Translations under genes and position numbers: made by a program
Notes under the pieces: generated by a model
What the model was told of the DNA's origin: nothing
The model's input: only the letters and a program-made list of their open reading frames with translations
Databases searched by the model: none
DNA from: Candidatus Methanoperedens sp.
GTDB taxonomy: Archaea > Halobacteriota > Methanosarcinia > Methanosarcinales > Methanoperedenaceae
Direction: 5' to 3'
DNA: 32,000 nucleotides
Assembly: GCA_041494705.1 (NCBI GenBank)
Contig: JBGQBI010000001.1
Coordinates: 60,001 to 92,000 of the forward strand
In this document: piece by piece, positions 25,658 through 32,000 of the stretch
How the letters are laid out: every line of letters starts with the position of its first letter
Position numbering within the stretch: position 1 is the first letter of the stretch

Positions 25658-26293
25658 ATGAAGCTGCTTGCACTATCAGACCTTCACGGCGATTATTCCC
25701 ATGTGGAATCCATTTGTGAGGAGGCTGGGGATTTTGACGCCGTATTGATAGCGGGCGACCTGACAAATTTCGGGCCTGATGAAAAAGCGCTTGAATTACT
25801 CGCAATGTTCAAAAAGCCGGTTCTTGCAGTGCCCGGAAATTGCGATAACCCCTCACTGCTGGAAATATTGGACGAAAATGAAAATACCATAAATCTTCAT
25901 AATTCATTTCATGAATTCGGAGGGCTCAACTTTATCGGTCTTGGCGGCTCAAACCCCACACCATTCAATACGCCTTTTGAACTCTCAGAAAAAAAGATAG
26001 GAGAATATGTCGGCACATTATTAAGCAGATTAAACGGGAGGATTATTTTACTATCCCACGCCCCGCCGCGCAATACCACAGACAGGCTGCCGCACGGGAA
26101 TGTGGGAAGCGTTGCGCTGGCGCGGTATCTGGGAAGATTTGACCTCGTAGTTTGCGGGCATATCCATGAAGCGCGCGGAATTGTCCGTGTGAACGGAACG
26201 CATGTGGTTAATCCCGGTACGGCTGCCAGAGGCCAGGGCGCTTTAATTACGATAAAAGATGATATAAACACAGAGTTTATTGATGCTAAATGA
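25658..26293 (+). CDS. Calcineurin-like metallophosphoesterase
   Basis: Motifs LSDLHGD, AGDLTNFG, PGNCD, GGSN, SHAPP, GHIHE. Confidence 0.85.
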   Translation: MKLLALSDLHGDYSHVESICEEAGDFDAVLIAGDLTNFGPDEKALELLAMFKKPVLAVPGNCDNPSLLEILDENENTINLHNSFHEFGGLNFIGLGGSNPTPFNTPFELSEKKIGEYVGTLLSRLNGRIILLSHAPPRNTTDRLPHGNVGSVALARYLGRFDLVVCGHIHEARGIVRVNGTHVVNPGTAARGQGALITIKDDINTEFIDAK

Positions 26294-27048
26294 TTAAAAT
26301 CGCAATCTCAGGAAAAGGCGGCGTGGGGAAGACAACGCTATCAGGCACGCTTGCCAGGCTTTTTGCAAGAAAAGGTTACGATGTCCTGGCTATTGACGCC
26401 GACCCGAGTATGAACCTCGCTTCAGCGCTTGGAATAAAAAACCCGCCAAAACCGCTAACTGAATTCAAGGAACTCATTGATGAAAGAGCCGGGGGTCCTG
26501 CCGGTGTATTCAAATTGAACCCGAAAGTGGATGATATTGCAGGGAAATTCGGCGTCACAGGACCAGATAATGTGAAATTGCTGGTCATGGGCACAATAGA
26601 ACGGGGCGGGAGCGGATGCATGTGCCCTGCAAGCTCTTTTTTAAAAGCCCTTATGCGCCATGTGATTTTAAAACTTAACAGCGTGGTTATCCTGGATATG
26701 GAAGCCGGGGTTGAACATCTCGGGCGCGGAACCACAAAAGGAATCGATTACATGCTCATCGTGGTGGAACCCGGGGCAAGGTCAATCGAGACTGCTGGAA
26801 GGATTGCCGGACTTGCCCGCCATATCGATATTCACAAATTCGGAGCAGTCATCAATAAAGCCGGAGCCGATGTAAAGGATATCGAGGATAAGCTTAAAGA
26901 ATACGATATACCGGTGATAGGCGTTATACCGTTTGATTCCACCCTCGTGCAGGCGGACATGGATAATATTGCCCCTGTTGACACAGGCGGCCCGGCAATT
27001 CTGGCGATAAGAAAAATTTTTGAGAAATTATCGGAGGGATACCAATAA
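26290..27048 (+). CDS. cooC: CooC-type P-loop ATPase (Ni-insertion accessory protein of the MinD/ParA superfamily)
   Basis: Deviant Walker A SGKGGVGKTT and the GSGCMCPA CxC metal-binding motif. ATGA overlap with the upstream gene. Confidence 0.82.
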   Translation: MIKIAISGKGGVGKTTLSGTLARLFARKGYDVLAIDADPSMNLASALGIKNPPKPLTEFKELIDERAGGPAGVFKLNPKVDDIAGKFGVTGPDNVKLLVMGTIERGGSGCMCPASSFLKALMRHVILKLNSVVILDMEAGVEHLGRGTTKGIDYMLIVVEPGARSIETAGRIAGLARHIDIHKFGAVINKAGADVKDIEDKLKEYDIPVIGVIPFDSTLVQADMDNIAPVDTGGPAILAIRKIFEKLSEGYQ

Positions 27049-27734
27049 AAAAACAGGACAGGATTCCCTGCGGATGCAAATCCATCGACGAGATGCTTGG
27101 CGGCGGGTTTGAGACCGGCATAGTCACTCAACTTTACGGCGCTTCGGGCACCGGTAAGACCAATATCTGTATCCAGCTCGCTGTGGAATGCGTAAAAAGC
27201 GGAAGAAAAGTCATTTTCATAGACACGGAAGGCTTCTCCTCAGAAAGGTTCAAACAGATAGCGGGCGAGGAGGCAAAAAAAATCGCAGGGGATATAATCA
27301 TATACGAACCCGCAAGTTTTGAGCAGCAGTATTCTGCAATTACGGATATTGAAAAATTAATGAACGAGAAAATCGGATTGATAATCCTGGACTCTGCTGC
27401 GCTTTTTTACAGGCTTGGGCTTACCCAGGATGATTCAAATGAAGAGAACATGGCGATTCGGCGCGAACTTGTGAACCAGATAGGGATACTTCACGGGATT
27501 GCACGAAAGCACGGGGTCGCCGTGGTAATTACAAACCAGGTTTTTAAAGATGTAACCACAGGCGAACTGTGTCCGGTCGGAGGGAATGCAATGGAGCATC
27601 TCTCAAAAACAATTATCCTGTTTGAGAGGACGGGCGTCAACAAACGCAGGGCAGCCCTGCGAAAGCACCGTTCAATAAGCGAGGACACGTTCGCAGACTT
27701 CACACTGACCGATAAAGGAGCGCAAAGCTTATGA
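27045..27734 (+). CDS. radB: RadB recombinase paralogue. The first canonical start is ATG 27093, but conserved sequence extends upstream.
   Basis: SIDEMLGGGFETGIVTQLYGASGTGKT (Walker A) and LIILDS (Walker B). The frame is open from 27024. IPCGCKSIDE, upstream of ATG 27093, aligns with the RadB N-terminal xSTGxxxLDxLLGGG segment. An in-frame ATA at 27045 overlaps the cooC TAA. Confidence 0.8.
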   Translation: MKKQDRIPCGCKSIDEMLGGGFETGIVTQLYGASGTGKTNICIQLAVECVKSGRKVIFIDTEGFSSERFKQIAGEEAKKIAGDIIIYEPASFEQQYSAITDIEKLMNEKIGLIILDSAALFYRLGLTQDDSNEENMAIRRELVNQIGILHGIARKHGVAVVITNQVFKDVTTGELCPVGGNAMEHLSKTIILFERTGVNKRRAALRKHRSISEDTFADFTLTDKGAQSL

Positions 27735-28160
27735 TTTCGGTTTTGAATTCGGTTTTTCTCCCTTCAGGATTTTTCCCAGCTTCCGGGGGAAATCCTTGAG
27801 CTGATTCCATGATGAACCTGGGCCAGGCTGTTTCCCCGTTGGCGCCGCAGGCGCTGCCTTTTTCACGGGCGTTTCCCTCAGAAGATACCACGTCAGCACT
27901 TCGGCATATGCAACTATCCCGATAAATGCAGACCAGATAAGAAGCAGGATATGGATATTATATACCGGCACAGTCCCGCCCACAAACGAAAATTGCTTTA
28001 TTGAAAAAAATCCTATGGCTTTAACAGGAAGAATGTAAATGGACGCCACAGGAGCCAGAATCATGATGAAAGCAGAAAGCAGCGGCGAGACGTAAACGAG
28101 AATAACCAGTATGAGCAGCGAGTATATGAGAAAAAGTATTAGTGAAAGAATATCCATCAT
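27729..28160 (-). CDS. Small integral membrane protein with a basic, Pro-rich C-terminal tail
   Basis: There are three to four hydrophobic helices. ATGA overlap with the upstream surface-protein gene. Its 3' end overlaps the radB 3' end by 6 nt (convergent). Confidence 0.5.
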   Translation of the reverse strand: MMDILSLILFLIYSLLILVILVYVSPLLSAFIMILAPVASIYILPVKAIGFFSIKQFSFVGGTVPVYNIHILLLIWSAFIGIVAYAEVLTWYLLRETPVKKAAPAAPTGKQPGPGSSWNQLKDFPRKLGKILKGEKPNSKPKS

Positions 28161-29797
28161 CCTGACCTCGTTTTGAATCTTGTTATTAAATAAGCCGCTA
28201 TTGCCACGCTGCCTATTATTGCTGCAATTACAAGGAACGATGATACCATAAATATTATTATTTCATTCCGCCCTGCATTTATAGGTGATGTTTCATCAGC
28301 TTTATCGGAAGAATCCGCATTTTTGGTTTCGATATTATTTGACAGGGCCTGTCTCGTGATGCCGCGAATATCGCGGTACGTTGCATTAGCAGCAGGAAGA
28401 GACACGATATTCCCCTGCAATGAGTATTCGAAAGAGACTTTATCGCCACCTTCAATAAAACCCGACCAGGTTGATTTTCCAAAGACCAGAGGATACATAT
28501 CAGGTATTTTATCCGATAACGTTACCATCGCAGGCCTGTCTCCGGTATTGCTGATAGCGAGTTCCACATCAGTCAGGCTCCCATTATTTTGTGCTTTTTT
28601 TGTGATGGTGATATATGGCATATGCACGGTTGTATAATTCACTCTGGATACCGAAGATTGGTCGTCCCATCTGGCTATTGCAGGCGGCAGCTCATATTTC
28701 CTTGGTTTCTGGGGTGTAATATTATACATCAGGTTTCTTGAATTTTTGTACCCCAGTTCAATATTCCAATCATGTTGCTCACTGGTGGTAAACCCGGAAG
28801 GTATGTCGTCGTGGATGCTGATGGATTTGTTATCCATTCCTGAATTATAGACATACAATTCAACAGGCACGTTTTCATCATCTGTTTCTTCAGGTATGAT
28901 TTTTGCAATAGAGATATTCGGGGTGATTTGTATATCTTTACTTATGGTGAGGAGGCGGGCGTTGTTGTAATAATCGCGTGTCTCAACCTGTGCAATTAAT
29001 TTAATTGTAGAATTTGGAGGCAGCCGGGTTATCCGGGATTCAAAGGATTTTGTGCCTTTAATGCCCGAGATTGAGAACACGTCGGGCTGGATTTTTATCG
29101 GATTATTGGTATCCAGGACTATACCTGCAATATTTTGGGTATCATCGCTTGTTAAATTTATAATGACATCTACTGTTTCATCGGGATAATATTCGTCTTT
29201 ATTGGTGATAATTTCGGCTTTAACCTCCGGAGGCTTAAAGGCCAGGGATTCAAGTTCGACAAAACCTGTTCTGTTTATACTCCTCACGGCGATGCGCAGG
29301 TTCCCAAAATCCTTGAAGCCGTCTTTTTGGAAAATCCCGGTTTCACTCATGGTTTTATTTGATATTGTCAGGTTCACGGTATTGGTTCCAAGCGCATCAA
29401 TACTGATTGAATAATTTTGAATTGAATAGTTGTCTCCCCATTTTAATGTCGTTGTTTCCAGGGGCGTCCAGATATCCCTGTCTTCAAGTTTGGAGAGGGC
29501 TATCCACGAATAATCACCACGTATCCCGAGCAGGGTTATCCCGATGCCGTTATAAATTTTAAATTCATTTACCTTAAATTCGTCTGCCGCTATCAGGGAT
29601 TGGTCTTTGTATAAGGCTAAAGAGGCGTTTGAACCATCTAAGGCCGTTACTCTTATCAAATAATTTTCATATGCGAGAGATTCGTTTAATTTGATATAAC
29701 CAGAGGTTTTGGCTGCCCAGACCCTGTCTGTTGTAACGGCGGACGCGGCAGGGAGAAAACAGATTATTATGAAACATATTACAATTTTTATGTTCAT
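28157..29797 (-). CDS. Large extracellular or cell-surface protein with a signal peptide and a C-terminal TM anchor
   Basis: MNIKIVICFIIICFLPAASA signal. C-terminal IIIFMVSSFLVIAAIIGSVAIAAYLI anchor. Many N-x-S/T sequons. Beta-rich repeats reminiscent of archaeal S-layer or DUF11-type domains (weak). Confidence 0.6.
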   Translation of the reverse strand: MNIKIVICFIIICFLPAASAVTTDRVWAAKTSGYIKLNESLAYENYLIRVTALDGSNASLALYKDQSLIAADEFKVNEFKIYNGIGITLLGIRGDYSWIALSKLEDRDIWTPLETTTLKWGDNYSIQNYSISIDALGTNTVNLTISNKTMSETGIFQKDGFKDFGNLRIAVRSINRTGFVELESLAFKPPEVKAEIITNKDEYYPDETVDVIINLTSDDTQNIAGIVLDTNNPIKIQPDVFSISGIKGTKSFESRITRLPPNSTIKLIAQVETRDYYNNARLLTISKDIQITPNISIAKIIPEETDDENVPVELYVYNSGMDNKSISIHDDIPSGFTTSEQHDWNIELGYKNSRNLMYNITPQKPRKYELPPAIARWDDQSSVSRVNYTTVHMPYITITKKAQNNGSLTDVELAISNTGDRPAMVTLSDKIPDMYPLVFGKSTWSGFIEGGDKVSFEYSLQGNIVSLPAANATYRDIRGITRQALSNNIETKNADSSDKADETSPINAGRNEIIIFMVSSFLVIAAIIGSVAIAAYLITRFKTRSG

Positions 29798-29847
29798 TAT
29801 ACTTCAGATTGAATTCAATTGGTTTAAACCTTTTCTTGATTTTATAA

Positions 29848-31086
29848 TTATATGTATATCCGGTCTCCATTGGCAGGAGCGAAAGATTGAACTCCGAGTT
29901 CTTCCTTTATCCAGTTTGCAAAGCCGGCTGTATTGTCCCCGTGCACTACGATTACTGTTTCAGTTCCACGGTCGGCGAAATTCTTTACAACTTCTTTTAA
30001 TTGCAAATCCCCGCAATGGGCTGAGAAATCATATAGTTCAAGCCTGCAATTAAGCTTTATCGTGTCCCTTCCATCTACTATATACCCGCTTTGCAGCGCT
30101 TTTCTCCCGTTTGTATCTTCTGCCTGGTAACCTGTGAGATGGATTTTGGATTTCGGGTCGTCATGAATTTCGCTCAAGTAATAAAGTACCGGGCCCCCGT
30201 TTAGCATCCCGGCGCTTGTCACGATTATTGACGGCTCGTTGATAATCTTTTTGCGCTGTTGCGGCTCTACAATACTTGAACTCGAGAAGGCTTTTTTGAG
30301 TTTATCAATATCACGCACATTTTCAGGCGACCTTGCTATGAGGTTGAAAACGTCCACTCCCATGCCGTCCACATAAGCAAAGAGACCGTGTTTTTTCAGG
30401 ATGAGCATTATTTCCTGCGTTCTCCCGATACTGAAAGCCGGGATTATGGCTTTTCCTCCGCTATCGATTGTCTCTTTTACGGATCCTATAAATCTTTCTT
30501 CAAGTATCTTGCGAGGCGTGTGGTTTTTCCCGAAATAAGTGCTTTCGATGAGCAGGATATCGCTCTCAGGCACCTCTTTATCCGCGCCTTCCTGGAGTTC
30601 TGTCCGGATTGTGTTTATGTCTCCTGTATATAACAGGCTCTGCTTGTCTTTTTCAAGATAGACCAGGGATGAGCCTGGAATATGTCCTGCATCGTAAAGA
30701 CATGCATTATATCCGGATGTCTTGAATTCCTGTTTGTACCCGATTGCCCTGGCTTTGCGCTCGAATTCCTGTATCTCATCTGTATAATAAGGAATGACGT
30801 GACCTTTCTTCGCTGCTATTTTGAGTGTATCTCTTGCAAGGAGCGCTGATAAGCGGGCTGTCATGTCCGTGCAATATATTTCAGGTTCAAGGTCCATTAA
30901 GTTCGGCACAAGCCCGCAGTGGTCAAGATGACCGTGGGAAATTATTACGGTTTTGGGGCGAAGACCGTTTGAGGGATATTCGGGCGGGTCAGTGGGTTTT
31001 ATCCCGTAATCAAGAAGAAGTTCCTCGTTTACCAGGATGGCAGACCTTCCAACTTCTCCTGCCCCTCCTAAGAATCGTAAATTTAT
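29848..31086 (-). CDS. Metallo-beta-lactamase / beta-CASP family ribonuclease (aCPSF2-like). The 5' end is extended beyond the track ORF.
   Basis: My translation upstream of the track start (GTG 30909) gives NLRFLGGAGEVGRSAILVNEELLLDYG...TVIISHGHLDHCG, which contains the HxHxDH motif. There is no ATG/GTG/TTG between the in-frame TGA (31096-31098) and 30909. An ATA at 31084-31086 fits the expected start. Confidence 0.78.
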   Translation of the reverse strand: MNLRFLGGAGEVGRSAILVNEELLLDYGIKPTDPPEYPSNGLRPKTVIISHGHLDHCGLVPNLMDLEPEIYCTDMTARLSALLARDTLKIAAKKGHVIPYYTDEIQEFERKARAIGYKQEFKTSGYNACLYDAGHIPGSSLVYLEKDKQSLLYTGDINTIRTELQEGADKEVPESDILLIESTYFGKNHTPRKILEERFIGSVKETIDSGGKAIIPAFSIGRTQEIMLILKKHGLFAYVDGMGVDVFNLIARSPENVRDIDKLKKAFSSSSIVEPQQRKKIINEPSIIVTSAGMLNGGPVLYYLSEIHDDPKSKIHLTGYQAEDTNGRKALQSGYIVDGRDTIKLNCRLELYDFSAHCGDLQLKEVVKNFADRGTETVIVVHGDNTAGFANWIKEELGVQSFAPANGDRIYI

Positions 31087-31331
31087 GTTATCGCCTCAGA
31101 TTATTTTTATTTGTTGGCGTAAATAGTTTACATCAGACATAAGTTTAACTCTTGCTTGACATGCATTCTTTCCTATCGAGTTCGCGAATGATTTTAACGA
31201 GCATGCGCCGGTATAGCTTGTGAATGAAGAGGTCAGGAGAGCGGATGGTAGGGAGGGGCTAAGTACACAAAGTCCGTTGGTTGTGTGACCTTGTCGGAAA
31301 GCTTTTAAGTCATTCAACCAGAATTAATACT

Positions 31332-31535
31332 ATGAAAGATGCTTTAGAATATTTCAGAGCAAATCTTGTGAATATGATTGCCAAATACGAAGGGGAGTAT
31401 GTCGCCATCATTGAAGATAAAATCATAGCTCATGGCAAAGATGTAAAAAAGGTCTACCAAGAGGCAAAAGATAAATTTCCTAAAAAGGTTGTGTTCTTAG
31501 GTCAGGTTCCGAGAAAGGAGGCTCTGATTCTTTGA
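31332..31535 (+). CDS. Small DUF5678-like protein
   Basis: YEGEYVAIIEDKIIAHGKDVKKVYQEAKDKFP...VVFLGQVP fits my recollection of the DUF5678 pattern (xWVAIxDGKVVAxG...). ATG 31332 is preferred over the upstream alternative start. Confidence 0.5.
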   Translation: MKDALEYFRANLVNMIAKYEGEYVAIIEDKIIAHGKDVKKVYQEAKDKFPKKVVFLGQVPRKEALIL

Positions 31536-31927
31536 GAAAATGTTTCAAGTTTGCAAAGGAAAATTCTTCAAGTCTCGGGATTGTTTATAGACCGATAGCG
31601 AAAGTGGGTTTGAGAGATGCCGGTGGAGATTTGTTCGAATTAAGCATGCTGGTTGATTCCGGTGCCGATATAACGATTCTTTCGAAAAGAATAGGTGATA
31701 TAATGGGCGTGAATGTGGAACAGGGTGAGGCAAAAGTATTCCGGGGAATAGTTGGGGAAATGATAGCTTATGTCCATGAAATACCGCTGTTCATAAATGG
31801 AAAGGAAATTGAAACGAGAGTAGCATTTGCCCTTTCCGAAGTACCAAATTTATTGGGCAGGCTGGATATTTTTAAAAATTTTGAGATAAGTTTCAGGAAA
31901 GAAGAGGATTTTTGCTTCAGCGATTGA
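31532..31927 (+). CDS. Retropepsin-like aspartic protease
   Basis: LVDSGADITILS (the D-S/T-G-A catalytic motif) and a C-terminal NLLGRLDIF (LLGRD-like) motif. TTG start in a TTGA overlap with the upstream gene. Confidence 0.7.
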   Translation: MRKCFKFAKENSSSLGIVYRPIAKVGLRDAGGDLFELSMLVDSGADITILSKRIGDIMGVNVEQGEAKVFRGIVGEMIAYVHEIPLFINGKEIETRVAFALSEVPNLLGRLDIFKNFEISFRKEEDFCFSD

Positions 31928-31954
31928 TTTTTAGATCAATGAAAGTTGGTTATA

Positions 31955-32000
31955 ATGAAAACACTCAAAGATAGAATGTGTGTTGTATGCGGGCGCAAGT
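31955..32000 (+). CDS. Start of an ORF running out of the window (MKTLKDRMCVVCGRK..., possible zinc-ribbon start)
   Basis: Only 15 codons are visible, with an ATG and a CxxC. This is too short to support any functional call. Confidence 0.2.
   Translation, partial: MKTLKDRMCVVCGRK

Noticed and set aside
31090-31140. Possible C/D-box sRNA on the minus strand (cTGATGt ... CTGA).
   Set aside because: The boxes are imperfect (UGAUGU instead of RUGAUGA). There is no C'/D' pair and no terminal stem. Such matches are expected by chance in AT-rich DNA.
31205-31290. tRNA-like beginning (GCGCCGGTATAGC...) and a small hairpin (ACACAA-N10-TTGTGT) in the 31141-31331 intergenic region.
   Set aside because: I could fold no T-arm (GTTCRAATC-like), no anticodon stem and no matching 3' acceptor strand. 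It is probably just promoter or 5'-UTR DNA. A covariance-model scan would settle it.
31096-31317. 73-aa minus-strand ORF upstream of the beta-CASP gene (MNDLKAFRQGHTTNGLCVLSPS...).
   Set aside because: The composition is not protein-like and it occupies the divergent promoter region. Its only relevance is that its in-frame TGA (31096-31098) precedes the beta-CASP coding sequence, which is discussed as a finding.

Overview
The window reads as an archaeal chromosomal segment, most likely from a methanogen or ANME-type member of the Methanosarcinales. That lineage guess is inferred from gene content only. Supporting genes are Fae-Hps, PurP, RadB, a CooC-type ATPase, archaeal ThiI, Dph6-like, UPF0212/DUF357, and a CitG-like + DUF447 pair.

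The backbone consists of tightly packed housekeeping genes, many joined by 4-nt start/stop overlaps. Four stretches are visibly AT-richer by eye (not computed), at about 345-1110, 8122-10290, 16000-19260 and 24330-25650, and they carry accessory or orphan genes. By eye I found no rRNA, tRNA or CRISPR array.

The most interesting items are:
1. A two-gene islet encoding a PIN - GNAT-like - ASCH-like fusion protein, overlapped with a stand-alone ASCH protein. It is a candidate uncharacterised nucleic-acid-modification-linked toxin or defence module.
2. A dcm - GHKL ATPase (with Ymh/TIGR02391-like tail) - vsr operon that has no recognisable restriction nuclease.
3. Three genes (chagasin-like inhibitor, RadB, beta-CASP RNase) whose conserved N-termini lie upstream of any ATG/GTG/TTG. 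Each has an in-frame ATA at the expected start. In two of them the ATA overlaps the upstream stop as ATAG or ATAA.
4. A papain-like peptidase/chagasin pair with no visible signal peptides, and a DUF5678-like/retropepsin-like pair.
5. Several structured intergenic repeats.

All functional calls rest on motif recognition from the supplied translations. No database search was run.
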